A model generated the notes under the pieces. That model ran no database searches. It had not been told where the DNA came from and saw only the letters and a list, made by a program, of their open reading frames with translations. Positions 35,528-45,798 of a DNA stretch of 64,000 nucleotides are shown piece by piece (position 1 is the first letter of the stretch; each line of letters starts with the position of its first letter). A program made the translations under genes and the position numbers. Source of the stretch: a bacterium (lineage in GTDB: Bacteria > Zhuqueibacterota > QNDG01 > DTFT01); the NCBI GenBank assembly GCA_030372965.1, contig JAUCQC010000228.1, forward strand, positions 15,203 through 79,202. The letters run 5' to 3'.

Positions 35528-36954
35528 GCCGTATTTTCCCTTCGACTGAGCAGTTCCCGGAACATGCGGATCTCGCCGGTTCCGAATGTCCGGATCGCGA
35601 GGAGCATGGCCAGGTAGGCCAGCCCGTACACGCACAGAAGAATGAGGGGCGGGTGTTGACGGAAAGGCAGGAGCGCGGCGCCCAGGGCTCCCGCCGAAAT
35701 CAGCGCGCGGGCGTGTATTTTCACCGGGTGGACGCCCGGTATCCGAGATGACAGCCACGCCGCCGAGAGGATCGTGATGAGCGCCTGGGACGCCGCGCTC
35801 GCGGCGCACAGACCGATGCCGCCGGTAGACGGGATCAGCAGGAGCGCGAGAATGACATTGAACGCGGTGCCGAAGGCCTGGAAACGGACGAAAACCGATT
35901 CGCGGTCCATGGACGAAAACGCGACCATGAAAGCCTGGTTGAGAAAGGCGAACACGAGCATCCAGAGCAGGATTCGCAGCATCGGAACCGAAGGGCCGAA
36001 AGACGATCCGTACAGAAGCCGGATGATCGGACCGGCGAGGACGGAGAAACTGACCGCGATGGGGATGACGAGAATGAAAAGGTATTTCATGGATTTTTCG
36101 TAACTCTGGCGGAAGGAGTCATCGTCTCCCGCCTCGCGGAACTTCGACATGGCGGGCAGCACGGCGCTGGTGAACGCCATGGGCAGGAAGGTCAGAACCC
36201 CGCAGATCCGGAGGGCCGCGGAAAAGTAACCGGTTTCGGATTCCCCCTTGAAGAAGGTCAGCAGAATCGTTCCGATCTGGGTGTTGACGGTCACGATGAT
36301 TCCGAGGGCGGCGAAGGGCAGGGCCGATCGGAACAGGCCGGCGTAGAAACCGGTCCGCCGCGTGAAAACCGGCCGGCTGTAGCGGCTCACGAGGATCCTG
36401 AGGCCGGCCATGAAAAACACCGCGTACAGGACGAGGCGGACGGCCAGCATCGGCAGGATTCCGTACCCCATCCAGATGACGGCCACGCCGGTGACCGAAA
36501 CGGACAGATTGAGCCCGATCTTGTTGAAAACCTCGTGAACGGCGTTCTGATGGGCCCGGTAAATCGCGTAGAAAACGTCGAGGACGGAGGAAAAAACGAG
36601 TATGCCGGCGCTGACGAGGACCACGGCGCTCTTATCCGCGCCGGTTCGCATCAGGAGCAGGGTGAACCAGACCGCGGCCAGAACCGCCGCGCCCATGAAG
36701 GTTTCAAGAACGAGAAGATCGCCGAGAACGGGCCCGGTGCGATCCGGGTGCCGGGCCAGGTCCCGCACGATCATGGTTCGGAAACCGAAACGCGTGATGA
36801 ACCCGAAAAGTTCGGTGAAGGAGAGGGCGAACGCCAGAAGGCCGAGTTTTTCGGCTCCGAGCCTGCGCGCGATCAGGATGGTCAGGAGCGCTCCAAGCGC
36901 GCGCGTGACGACTTCCGCGGATACGAGAAGCGTGGTGTTCCGCGCGATGACCAT
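35524..36954 (-). CDS. Oligosaccharide flippase (Wzx, MOP/PST family)
   Basis: About 12 predicted TM segments. N-terminal IARNTTLLVSAEVVTRALGALLTILIARRLGAEKLG is typical of PST flippases. I prefer the ATG at 36954, just after the upstream TAA. Confidence 0.8.
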   Translation of the reverse strand: MVIARNTTLLVSAEVVTRALGALLTILIARRLGAEKLGLLAFALSFTELFGFITRFGFRTMIVRDLARHPDRTGPVLGDLLVLETFMGAAVLAAVWFTLLLMRTGADKSAVVLVSAGILVFSSVLDVFYAIYRAHQNAVHEVFNKIGLNLSVSVTGVAVIWMGYGILPMLAVRLVLYAVFFMAGLRILVSRYSRPVFTRRTGFYAGLFRSALPFAALGIIVTVNTQIGTILLTFFKGESETGYFSAALRICGVLTFLPMAFTSAVLPAMSKFREAGDDDSFRQSYEKSMKYLFILVIPIAVSFSVLAGPIIRLLYGSSFGPSVPMLRILLWMLVFAFLNQAFMVAFSSMDRESVFVRFQAFGTAFNVILALLLIPSTGGIGLCAASAASQALITILSAAWLSSRIPGVHPVKIHARALISAGALGAALLPFRQHPPLILLCVYGLAYLAMLLAIRTFGTGEIRMFRELLSRRENTA

Positions 36955-36955
36955 T

Positions 36956-38458
36956 TTATCGGAGGCCAATGGGACCCCCTTCCCCGCCGCCGGCCGGGCT
37001 CTCGATTTGCGGCGCACCGGACAGGGCGACGATTGCCGCGGCGAACAGCCAGAAAGCCAGGAAGGCCTCGGAATCGATGGTCGCGTTGTTGACGGTGTGG
37101 TGGATCAGGAGCCCGGTGATCCCGCTGATGAAGCCGATGATCAGCTGTTTGGAACGGTCCGGCAAAGGCGCGGAAAGGGAACGCGCCGCCCGGACGTACA
37201 ATCCAAGGGTGAACGCGAGAAACGCGACGAGTCCCGGAAGACCGATCTCGGCCGCCAGTTGAAGATAGACATTGTGAACCGGGTGAAAAAAGTCAAGCGT
37301 CAGACCGGTCTTGTCGAACGGGGCCATGGACAGGGTGTAATTGTTCAGGCCGACCCCCAGCCAGGGGAATTTACGGATCATGCCCAGCGCGATTTGCATC
37401 ATCGGTATTCTCGACTGCGCGGATCCGTAATCCTCGCCCGTGAAGCGCAGGAGGATGAAGTCGCGGAGCAGCCAGAGAACCAGGGACAGGACGGACAGAA
37501 CGATCAGCCCCCGGAACAGGGCCCGGCTCCGGTTCTCGGCGATCCGCCAGTGGAGAAATGCGAAAACGAGCAGGCCGGCGGCGAAGCCGATCCATCCGCC
37601 GCGGCTGAACGTGAAAACGAGCAGCATGGTGCCCGCGAGAACGGCCGCCATCAGGAGGAGTCGCGGAAGCGCCCGTTTGAGCGAGGACCACCAGCCCATG
37701 AACAGGAGCAGCATCATGACCAGATAGCTCGCGAAACGGTCCGATCCTTCGAGTGTGCCGGAAACGCTGATCATGGAACGATCGCCGATGCGCCGGACGC
37801 TGTTGGTCGTGGCGTTCGTCAGGATGCCGAGGGCGACATCGCGGTTGAGCGCGTACTGGACGGTCCCGACCGCGAGCTCGATAAGGTAGACGACCAGAAG
37901 CACCGTCAGGGCGGTGGATACGGCCCCGCGGTCCCGGAACGCGTCGGACAGGACCAGAAAAAGCAGAATCGCCTTGGTCAGCTCCAGAAGCTGGTACAGG
38001 CCGAGTCGAGGATTGACCGCCTGTGTCAGGGAAAAAGCCGAAAAGGCGAAAAGCAGAAGAAGCGGAACCCAGACCCACATCGGTGATCCGGGCCTCCCGG
38101 ACCGCATTCCGAGGAAGGACGGGGGGCGAAGCGCGACGAAACCCAGCAGCACGATGTTCCAGAGCGCCACGATAACGCCCTTGGCGCCTCCGGAATGATC
38201 CGGATTCAGAAAAAACGTCTTGTCGATATTGATGATCAGCGTCGCGATGAGGAGTGAAAACAGGGCGGCGCCGGTTTTACGGAACAGAAAGGCCGCCAGA
38301 CCGGCTCCCGCGGCGAGAAGGCCGAAGAGGACGAGGACCGGGGGCAGAGAGAGGAACCGCATGGCCGCCGCTCCGGCCAGGACACCGGCCGTGAATCCGG
38401 GCAGCAGGATGCGGATGAACCGGCCGCCCGGTCCGCTGACGCGTGCCCGGCCGCTCAT
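36956..38458 (-). CDS. O-antigen ligase/polymerase family membrane protein (Wzy-like)
   Basis: Polytopic membrane protein with the Wzy_C-like segment FTFSRGGWIGFAAGLLVF. The ATG at 38458 overlaps the upstream TGA (ATGA). Confidence 0.7.
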   Translation of the reverse strand: MSGRARVSGPGGRFIRILLPGFTAGVLAGAAAMRFLSLPPVLVLFGLLAAGAGLAAFLFRKTGAALFSLLIATLIINIDKTFFLNPDHSGGAKGVIVALWNIVLLGFVALRPPSFLGMRSGRPGSPMWVWVPLLLLFAFSAFSLTQAVNPRLGLYQLLELTKAILLFLVLSDAFRDRGAVSTALTVLLVVYLIELAVGTVQYALNRDVALGILTNATTNSVRRIGDRSMISVSGTLEGSDRFASYLVMMLLLFMGWWSSLKRALPRLLLMAAVLAGTMLLVFTFSRGGWIGFAAGLLVFAFLHWRIAENRSRALFRGLIVLSVLSLVLWLLRDFILLRFTGEDYGSAQSRIPMMQIALGMIRKFPWLGVGLNNYTLSMAPFDKTGLTLDFFHPVHNVYLQLAAEIGLPGLVAFLAFTLGLYVRAARSLSAPLPDRSKQLIIGFISGITGLLIHHTVNNATIDSEAFLAFWLFAAAIVALSGAPQIESPAGGGEGGPIGLR

Positions 38459-39813
38459 CGGCCGGCCTCCCGGTTTTCCTCCGCGGCCAGGCCGGCGGAA
38501 AGGCCGTAGAAAGCCCAAGCCTGGGACCAGCGCATGTACGGAATCCGGATGCGGTAATGCCGGTGTGTCTGGTAGTAGAAGAAACCCGACGGGTCCTGCA
38601 TGTGCGTCACCAGCCAGCGGATCAGGGATCGTCTTCTGAGACGGACCGTGTCATCCTGTGGAACCGCGCTGAGGGCGTAAACCGCGGCAAAGGCGTGGAT
38701 ATCCTTGGGGAACGTGCGGTCGTGCCAGAGAGAAGCCGATCCGTCTTCCCTGAAGAATGTCCGCAGAAAGTATGCCGTTCCCCTCTCGAGGATCGAAGCG
38801 AACGCGGGGTCCCCGGCACAGGTCTGGTAGCGGCACAGGCTTTCCAGGATGAAAGCGGTGTGGTGCAGATCGATCCAGTTCTGGGAAGGGGACTCGCCGT
38901 AGACCCAGGATCCGTCTGGAGACTGATGCTCGGCGACATAGTTCATCATCCGGCGGGCAGAACGAAGCCACTCACGACGATCCAGCATCGACCCGATCCG
39001 GGCGAGAAAGGAGGCGCCGATTGCATTTGAGTTGAAAATCCGCGACCGGTCGAGCGGCGTGTATCCGAGGCAGAGCCGGACGCCGTCATCCACGACCCGC
39101 GGCAGGTCTTCCAGAATGAAGCGCGCCGACCCCTCGGCCATCGCGAGAGGCCCGGGGTCGCCTGTCGCGGCATGAGCGTCCAGGAGCGCGTGGCCCGCGA
39201 AACCGGTGTTGACGATGGTCGGCGTGTAGGCGGGATACAGCTGGTTCCGGTTCTGCCAAGGGAAATGATAACCCCAGCAGGGATGGTCAAATCCCGGAGA
39301 CCGGTTCTCCCGGAGCAGACGGACCAGCAGGCGGATCCGCTCCTCCCGGTGGTCCGGAACGGAGGCGGCCGGCTGAATCGCGTACCCGCTCAGGAAGAGC
39401 GCCAGGCCTTTCGGGTTGAGGCCGCCGGGTATGCCCAGCATCGGGCGCAGGTTGAACGGGAGGCGTCGCATGACCTGGGTGAAACCGATCCGCGCCAGAG
39501 GATGGTTGAAAGGAAAGCGCGACGCGGCCGGCGCCAGAAGGGCGTCATATGGATCGAACCCGCGGTACGATTCGCGCTCGACGTACACGGTCAGGAGCGA
39601 GAGGGATTTCCGGATGAGGGCGCTGAAACGGCCGTCGCTCAACGGTCCGGTTCGCCGCGGATCCGGAACGGGGCAGCCGGCGAATGGCCGGTCCTCCGTC
39701 CGGTTCCGGACGCTCCGCTCAGGCCGGAAGCCCGGGACGCGGTGTTCCGCGGACACGCGCTTCTTCGAACCGCGCGCAAACCGCCCGGCCGGGGAATCAG
39801 CGCCCGGTGACAT
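38455..39813 (-). CDS. Hypothetical protein, possibly alpha/alpha-toroid fold (function unknown)
   Basis: Periodic helical-hairpin-like motifs (GFDPYDALLAP, GYHFPWQNR, DGSWVYGE...HHTAFILESL). I recognise no confident family. The N-terminal ~50 aa are R/P-rich, so the true start may lie further downstream. Confidence 0.5.
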   Translation of the reverse strand: MSPGADSPAGRFARGSKKRVSAEHRVPGFRPERSVRNRTEDRPFAGCPVPDPRRTGPLSDGRFSALIRKSLSLLTVYVERESYRGFDPYDALLAPAASRFPFNHPLARIGFTQVMRRLPFNLRPMLGIPGGLNPKGLALFLSGYAIQPAASVPDHREERIRLLVRLLRENRSPGFDHPCWGYHFPWQNRNQLYPAYTPTIVNTGFAGHALLDAHAATGDPGPLAMAEGSARFILEDLPRVVDDGVRLCLGYTPLDRSRIFNSNAIGASFLARIGSMLDRREWLRSARRMMNYVAEHQSPDGSWVYGESPSQNWIDLHHTAFILESLCRYQTCAGDPAFASILERGTAYFLRTFFREDGSASLWHDRTFPKDIHAFAAVYALSAVPQDDTVRLRRRSLIRWLVTHMQDPSGFFYYQTHRHYRIRIPYMRWSQAWAFYGLSAGLAAEENREAGR

Positions 39814-41212
39814 GCACCTCCGGCGCCTTCAGGCGGTTCCACGGAAAAGAGACCGAACGCCGGCCGCTCTCATCGGCCGGATTCATGCGGAGATTTCGGA
39901 CGGCTTCCCCCTTTACCAGAACCCGGACCGGTTTTCCGTCCGGAACATGGAAGGTGATGCCCTGGAGGCTCACGCTGTCGGCTTCCATCTCACCGAGAAG
40001 CGGGTCGCGTATTCCGTGTATCCGTATGGCGATTCCCGCGGAATCCTCGTCGAAGGACCAGCGGATCGCGTTGCGGACCGTGACGTAATTCAGCAGTTTG
40101 GATGTGGTCGTGACGAGAATTCGTCCCTCCTTCGAATGGGCGGAGAGATTGCGCAGCGCGACCGCGGTTTCGGGGGCCACCCACGGCGCTCCTTCCCCGT
40201 TTTTCCCGAGATGCGTGTAGACGATGCCCGTTCCGCCGACCTCCACGAGTCGCCTCAGAACGGCCTCGGAGATGTTGTCGGACAGTCCGCGGCTGTTCGC
40301 GCCGTATCCGATACCGTCCGGATGGACGTCGAATCGCATGAATTCATAGACGCGCCTGCCGTCCTCCAATCGCCGGACGCCGATCAGGGCATTGTCCCGA
40401 TGCAGAAAATAACGCGTTCCGCAGAGTCCGAACCTCGACAGAACCCTCTTGAGGAATGACTTGCCCGCGTTCCGCAGGGACTTGGGACATCGGTTCCGCC
40501 CGGGCGAGAGATAGGACCGCCAGGAGACCGGGGCGTCCTGTCCGATGATGGAGGTGCTGCTCCCGCAGCTGATGTACCGCACGGAGTACGGAATCGTCAG
40601 GTCCGCGTGATAGGCCGCGTCGCCGATCCGGTCGCCGCGGTTCGTGGGGAACCATTTCGACAGATTGGAGCGCGCGTCGCTGTGGTTGATCCAGACCGGC
40701 ACGCGGCAGCCGTCGCGCTCCAGTGCCCGGAGCGCGTCCACGGCCTGCACCCGGGTCGTGCATCCTTCGCCGTACGAGTGCAGACAGTCGATAATCCCGG
40801 CGCGGATGAAGTCACGGATGATCCGCCTGTCCTCCGGCCGGTCCGAAAACCAGGAGAACTCATTCCGGCCCGGGCGGTCGAACAGGTAGAAGCTGTTACC
40901 GATCTCCAGCCCGACGCCCCGGCCGAAGGCGGTTTCGTGATCCGTATTGAGGAATTCCTGTATGGCGAGGAATTCCTCCGGCGTTTCCGTGTTGTCTATG
41001 TCGCTGCAGACACTGAGCGCGGCGCGGTACGGATACGGGAATTTCCGCAACGAGACCGGCGCACGGCTCCGCGCATCCTCCCGGTACAGCCGGCCGGTGC
41101 GCGAAAAATCCCATTGAACGGCCAGGATCAGGAAGACCGGAATCAGGGCCGTGACCGCGAGGCTTCTGAGCAGGGTCCGCCGCGGCGGACGATTGGAATC
41201 GGGCCGGTTCAC
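39797..41212 (-). CDS. Hypothetical membrane-anchored protein (function unknown; possibly deacetylase/hydrolase-like)
   Basis: Single N-terminal TM (LLRSLAVTALIPVFLILAV), then FPYPYRAALSVCSDIDNT and WINHSD motifs. The GTG at 41212 overlaps the upstream TGA (GTGA). The tracked 581-aa ORF overlaps the glycosyltransferase gene. Confidence 0.5.
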   Translation of the reverse strand: MNRPDSNRPPRRTLLRSLAVTALIPVFLILAVQWDFSRTGRLYREDARSRAPVSLRKFPYPYRAALSVCSDIDNTETPEEFLAIQEFLNTDHETAFGRGVGLEIGNSFYLFDRPGRNEFSWFSDRPEDRRIIRDFIRAGIIDCLHSYGEGCTTRVQAVDALRALERDGCRVPVWINHSDARSNLSKWFPTNRGDRIGDAAYHADLTIPYSVRYISCGSSTSIIGQDAPVSWRSYLSPGRNRCPKSLRNAGKSFLKRVLSRFGLCGTRYFLHRDNALIGVRRLEDGRRVYEFMRFDVHPDGIGYGANSRGLSDNISEAVLRRLVEVGGTGIVYTHLGKNGEGAPWVAPETAVALRNLSAHSKEGRILVTTTSKLLNYVTVRNAIRWSFDEDSAGIAIRIHGIRDPLLGEMEADSVSLQGITFHVPDGKPVRVLVKGEAVRNLRMNPADESGRRSVSFPWNRLKAPEVHVTGR

Positions 41213-42354
41213 GGCGCCCCCGTCGAAGCGAGACGGTAGCAGGCGCCGAAGATTTTCTCCGCGTTTTTCATGCCGTACAGCCGGATCGCTTTCTCGCGGT
41301 TGTGTTTTCCCATCCGCTTTCGGAGGGACGGACGGGAAATGAGAGCGGCCAATGCACGGGCCAGGCCCTCCGGATCGCGCGGGGGAACCAGCAAACCGCC
41401 CGTGCCTTCCTCGACCATTTCCGGAACGGCCCCCACCCTCGTCGCCGCCACAGGGAGACCCGCGGACATGGCTTCGAGCACGGACATGGGAAATCCCTCG
41501 CCATGGCTGGGCAACGTGAAGATGTCCGCGGCCGACATCCATTCGCGGACGGCCGGCGGGGACAGGTTTCCGGTGAAGAGCACGCGTTCCCCCCCCCGCA
41601 TGGACTTCCCGATCCGCCTGAGTTCACCTTCCGCTCCTCCCCCGCCGATCACGCAGAACCGGAGTTCCGGGCGCGACGGCAAAAGGATTTCGGCCGCGCG
41701 GATCAGTTCAAACACCCCTTTGGCCGGGTACAGGTGCGGAGCGGCGAACAGAACGACACAGGCCCCGGATGGAATCCCGAGTTCGGACCGTGTCTTACTC
41801 CGGGGCGGCGGTTCCTCCGTTTCCACGAGGTTCGGGACACGGTCGATCCGGTCTCTCCGCCCCAGGGCGCGGAGCGGCCGCTCCTGCATCGCGGAGAGAA
41901 CGCCGATCCGCGTCGGAAGCGACAGAAGAATGCGCGGCGCGGATCCCGCGGCCGGATGCCGGCGCATGAACGATTCCAGGTCTCCGCCGTGGATCTGCAG
42001 AAAAACGGGCTTGCCCGCGAGCCGCGAAAGGATCACGTACATCGAATCCCGCCAGAATGACCAGTCGCCGAAGGACGTGTGCACATGCACCAGGTGCGGG
42101 GTCCTTCGAACGAGAAACTGGATGAAACGGGCCAGGTCCGACAGCACCCGTGCCGCTTTCACCGGGACGGATTCCGCCTCGTAAGATGCGGATCCGCCCT
42201 TCCGTGAATAGGTGTGGAAGGGCAGAAGCGCGTGCCTGCGGTTCAGGTTGGAACGCATCAGGTTGCCGATGCAGGCTGAGATTCCGCCGATGGCCGGGGG
42301 AAAAGCGCCGAGCATGGCGACGCGGACGCGCATTCGGCCTCTCCCCTCAGGCAT
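41209..42354 (-). CDS. Glycosyltransferase family 4 (GT-B, GT1-type)
   Basis: GGISACIGNL N-terminus, LFTGNLSPP, LPSHGEGFPMSVLEAMSAGLPVAATRVGAVPEMV (E-x7-E). The start may be the ATG at 42333. Confidence 0.85.
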   Translation of the reverse strand: MPEGRGRMRVRVAMLGAFPPAIGGISACIGNLMRSNLNRRHALLPFHTYSRKGGSASYEAESVPVKAARVLSDLARFIQFLVRRTPHLVHVHTSFGDWSFWRDSMYVILSRLAGKPVFLQIHGGDLESFMRRHPAAGSAPRILLSLPTRIGVLSAMQERPLRALGRRDRIDRVPNLVETEEPPPRSKTRSELGIPSGACVVLFAAPHLYPAKGVFELIRAAEILLPSRPELRFCVIGGGGAEGELRRIGKSMRGGERVLFTGNLSPPAVREWMSAADIFTLPSHGEGFPMSVLEAMSAGLPVAATRVGAVPEMVEEGTGGLLVPPRDPEGLARALAALISRPSLRKRMGKHNREKAIRLYGMKNAEKIFGACYRLASTGAP

Positions 42355-43456
42355 GCCCTGGGACGGTTCGGATCAGCTCGCGGGCCAGAAGGCCGGACAG
42401 GTCGGCATGCCCGCTCCCGGCGGCAGGCCGGATCCGCTTCCCGATCCGGATCCGCCCGATTTCCGATTCGTTCTCAATGAAGACCAGCCGTCCGGCGCGG
42501 TTCAGGTAACGGTCCACGGCCCCGCTCCTGCCCCGGAATATCGAGTACACCGGAACGCCCAGGGCCGCCGCTTCGCGGTTCATGGTGCCTCCCCCTCCGA
42601 CGACCAGATCCGAATGCCAGATCCAGTTCAGGCCGTCCACCGCGCGGTCCGGGACGATGAGCCTGCCCGGCAGACCGGAAACCCGTTGCCGCAGACTCGC
42701 AGCGTCGTCGATCGAACGCGGAAGGAACAGCACCGTGACGCCGCGCCGGCTCAGAAGGTATTCCGCCACCCGGTAAAAAAGGGTCTCGCTTTCGGGATTC
42801 CGGTAATGGGCCGAGAAGGACGGGGCGCGCAGCGTCACGATCACGGAATCCCGCGGAATTTTGAGCCGGTCGAATGCGGCCGAGTCTGGCCTGAAACGGT
42901 GGACATAGGCGTCCTCTTTCAAGCCGGGATAGGCGAATATTTTGGACCGGGGAACGCCCTTCTCCAGCAGAACGCGTTCCGGTATCGCGGATGGAAAGAA
43001 GAGCCGGGTCGCGAGACGGTTGGCGACGGCGAGAAAAACATGCTCGTAATCGGTCATGAAGACAGAGGGCATGCCGAGAAACGAGGCGGCCACGACCTGG
43101 TAGGTGGAACCCTGGCTGACCGCCAGGGACAGCCGCCGTCCCCGGCACGCGCGGACCAGCTGGGCGGTTCGAACGAGGAATCCGGCCGCTTTCGCGGCGG
43201 AATGTTTTCCGTAATCCCGTCCGATGACGAGAAAATCGAGGCCGTGCAGTCCGCACAGTTCCTTCACCTGAAACCGGTCCCGGACCGTGATGAAACACCG
43301 GTGTCCCATGCTCTCAAGAGCCCGTATCTGGGGAGAGAAGAAGAGGACGTGCGGCGGATGGCAGAGATCGAACCAAAAAGTCAAACGAGGGCCTCCCGGT
43401 TTGGCGACGCCCAGGCTCCGGCGGGAAACAGGAAGGCCGCCGGTCATGGGGGGCAT
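42347..43456 (-). CDS. DUF354-family protein (GT-B-like, uncharacterised)
   Basis: FWFDLCHPPHVLFFSPQIRALESMGHRCFITVRDRFQVKELCGLHGLDF matches my recollection of the DUF354 N-terminal signature (xWxDIxxxPHVxFF...GHEVxITxRD). Confidence 0.65.
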   Translation of the reverse strand: MPPMTGGLPVSRRSLGVAKPGGPRLTFWFDLCHPPHVLFFSPQIRALESMGHRCFITVRDRFQVKELCGLHGLDFLVIGRDYGKHSAAKAAGFLVRTAQLVRACRGRRLSLAVSQGSTYQVVAASFLGMPSVFMTDYEHVFLAVANRLATRLFFPSAIPERVLLEKGVPRSKIFAYPGLKEDAYVHRFRPDSAAFDRLKIPRDSVIVTLRAPSFSAHYRNPESETLFYRVAEYLLSRRGVTVLFLPRSIDDAASLRQRVSGLPGRLIVPDRAVDGLNWIWHSDLVVGGGGTMNREAAALGVPVYSIFRGRSGAVDRYLNRAGRLVFIENESEIGRIRIGKRIRPAAGSGHADLSGLLARELIRTVPGHA

Positions 43457-43479
43457 TGGATGCGGCCGACGGCAAAAAG

Positions 43480-45798
43480 TCAGGATGCGCCGTAATAATC
43501 CCGGTATGAACGGCGTTCGCCCCGGTCCGCGCCCGTGAGCACGGCTCCGGCGACACGGGCGCCGACCCCCTGAAAGCGGTCGACGGTCTCCTGGAGCTGT
43601 TTCAGACTCGACTTTCCCAGACGAACGACCACCAGAACCGCGTCTGTCAGGGGGGAAAGAACCAGAGCGTCCGTGACCGGCAGCAGGGGCGGGCTGTCCA
43701 GGATCACCATGCCGTATCTCTTCTGGGTTTCCCGCAGGAACAGTTTCATGGCGGATGATCCGAGTATTTCAGGCGCGTTTTTCACGGCCGGTCCCGCGGC
43801 CAGGAAATCAAGGTTTTTCATCGTGGTTTCACGGACGAGCGATTCCCACCCCGTTTTCTGACTCAGAACGGAGGTCAGACCCGTTTTCATCTCGGAACCC
43901 ATGAAAAGCAGGTCGAGCGCCGGTTTCCGCAGATCGGCATCCACCAGAAGCGTGGAGATTCCGTTTTCGGCAAAGGCGATGGCGAGATTCGCCGCGGTGG
44001 TTGTTTTTCCATCCGACGGTTCCGGACTGGTGACGAGCAGGGTTTTCCATCGGTTCTGGCGCATGGAGTAATAGAGAGAGGTACGGACCGCCCGGTAGAC
44101 TTCCCGGAGTTCAGGTTCGTCGTTCCCGAAACCGACCAGGAACGGGTAAATGCGCCGCGCCCGCTGTGTCCGGGCCTCCCCTTCCCCGCGGGAAACGGCC
44201 TTGCGCGCAGCCGGTCGCAATTCCGGAACCGCCCCCAGCACCGGAACGCCCAGGGGGGCCAGATCTTCGGCCGATCCGACCGCGCCGAAAAGCGCCTGCT
44301 TCACGAAGACCGTCCCGGCCGCGAGCATGGCGCCCATCAGGACAGCCAGGATGACATTCAGGCGGACATTGGGACGGAAAGGTGTTGAAGGAGGGACGGC
44401 GCGGTCCAGCACCCGGATCAGGCCGGACTGCCCGTTCTCTCCGATCCGCGTCTGCTCGTACTTTTCCTTGAGCATGGAATATATTTTTGTGTTGAGCTGA
44501 ACGTCCCGTTCGAGCCGGGCCAGCTCGAGGCTCTTATCAGGGAGGCGGTCCAGTTTTTTCGAATAGTCGTTGACGATGGATTTGAGGGCCGACATCCGGG
44601 CCGTCCAGGACGACTGCTGGGTCCGAATTTCGAGGATGGAAGTGATCAGATTCTCGGAAAAGGCCAGGGGGTCGGCAGGGGGAATCTCCGCCTTCAGCAG
44701 ACGGCGGGTCTCCTCTTCGATCCGGTTCTTGAGACCGCGGATCCGGTTCTCCATCTGGGCCATCCGGGGGTCGTCCGCAGGGCTGTACCCGGCGCCGGAG
44801 AGCTGCGCTTCGTAGGCCACCCGCTGGGCTTCCGTTTCGGCAAGCTGTTTCTGAAGTTCGGCCAGAACGGGGTTGGACTGCCGGGTCATGTTCTCCACGA
44901 TGTGTTTCCGGCTTTCGTCCAGCTGTTCCTTGAGGAATGCGAGCTGGTTCTGCAAGGCCTCGGATTCGGTCTTGGCCTGGTTGTACTGCGATTCGAAGCC
45001 GGCCAGCTGCTGGACGAGCTGCGCGGTCTCTTCCGGAAGGGAAACCACGTTGCTGCGTTTCTGATAGATCTTCAGTTTTTCCTCGGATTCGGCGAGCGCC
45101 TTCTCCATCTCCTGCAGCTTGACCTCAAGAAAATTCTTGACCTGGATGACCTCGCCCCGGTTGTCCGACCGGTTGTAATCCCTGTAGGCGTCGACCCAGA
45201 CGTTGACCAGAAGAGCCGCTTCGCGGGCCGAGCGGGCCCGGCCTTTCAGGTATAGGATGTCCGAATCCCTGCCGTATGAAACTCGCGTGGACGCGTAAAA
45301 ACGCTCGATCCATTCTTCCGGACCCGCCGTCTTCGGAACGACCTTCGGTTCAGGCCCGCCGCCGGACAGCCTGGCCTTGATGCCGTCGATCCAGCCCGGA
45401 CGGGCAGGCTGCAGTATGTCGAGGGAATCGGCGTTCTTGGAGGCCGCGAGACGGTTGACGACATCGGCGGTGAGGGTCCGGCTTTCGAGGATGGTCACCT
45501 GGTTCTTGATCCAGTACTGCTGTTGGGCTTCAGCGGCGAGATTGAATATCTTCTCGTTCCAGCCGGGCTGTTCCTGAATGGAGAGGGTGGCCGAGGCTTC
45601 GTACTCCCGGGGGGCGCGCACCGAAAGGACCGTGACGGCCGCCACGAAACCGGCCCACACGGCGAAGAACAATCCGGCGTTCCGCCGGAGAACGCGGACC
45701 CAGCGGAACAGATCGGCGGCGGATTTTGAGACGGATTTCTCCGGCGGCCCGTTTTTTTCGCTGAGCGTCCCGTTCAAGGCGCGGCGGCTCCCCGGCAT
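43480..45798 (-). CDS. Polysaccharide co-polymerase / tyrosine autokinase (Wzc/GumC/EpsG-like BY-kinase)
   Basis: Wzz-like N-terminus with two TMs and a long coiled periplasmic region. C-terminal P-loop kinase (VTSPEPSDGKTTTAANLA, LLVDADLRKP, ILDSPPLLPVTD) and a Tyr-rich tail (SYRDYYGAS). Confidence 0.88.
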   Translation of the reverse strand: MPGSRRALNGTLSEKNGPPEKSVSKSAADLFRWVRVLRRNAGLFFAVWAGFVAAVTVLSVRAPREYEASATLSIQEQPGWNEKIFNLAAEAQQQYWIKNQVTILESRTLTADVVNRLAASKNADSLDILQPARPGWIDGIKARLSGGGPEPKVVPKTAGPEEWIERFYASTRVSYGRDSDILYLKGRARSAREAALLVNVWVDAYRDYNRSDNRGEVIQVKNFLEVKLQEMEKALAESEEKLKIYQKRSNVVSLPEETAQLVQQLAGFESQYNQAKTESEALQNQLAFLKEQLDESRKHIVENMTRQSNPVLAELQKQLAETEAQRVAYEAQLSGAGYSPADDPRMAQMENRIRGLKNRIEEETRRLLKAEIPPADPLAFSENLITSILEIRTQQSSWTARMSALKSIVNDYSKKLDRLPDKSLELARLERDVQLNTKIYSMLKEKYEQTRIGENGQSGLIRVLDRAVPPSTPFRPNVRLNVILAVLMGAMLAAGTVFVKQALFGAVGSAEDLAPLGVPVLGAVPELRPAARKAVSRGEGEARTQRARRIYPFLVGFGNDEPELREVYRAVRTSLYYSMRQNRWKTLLVTSPEPSDGKTTTAANLAIAFAENGISTLLVDADLRKPALDLLFMGSEMKTGLTSVLSQKTGWESLVRETTMKNLDFLAAGPAVKNAPEILGSSAMKLFLRETQKRYGMVILDSPPLLPVTDALVLSPLTDAVLVVVRLGKSSLKQLQETVDRFQGVGARVAGAVLTGADRGERRSYRDYYGAS

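Noticed and set aside
36602-38086. 494-aa + strand ORF, and other + strand ORFs (32272-33528, 33432-34295, 34175-35299, 42212-43495, 46011-46838, 46914-47789, 56155-57921, 57990-58982, 62160-63212) across the - strand block
   Set aside because: They are antisense to coherent, translationally coupled - strand genes. Their composition is biased (R/G/P/E/D-rich) and they have no recognisable domains.
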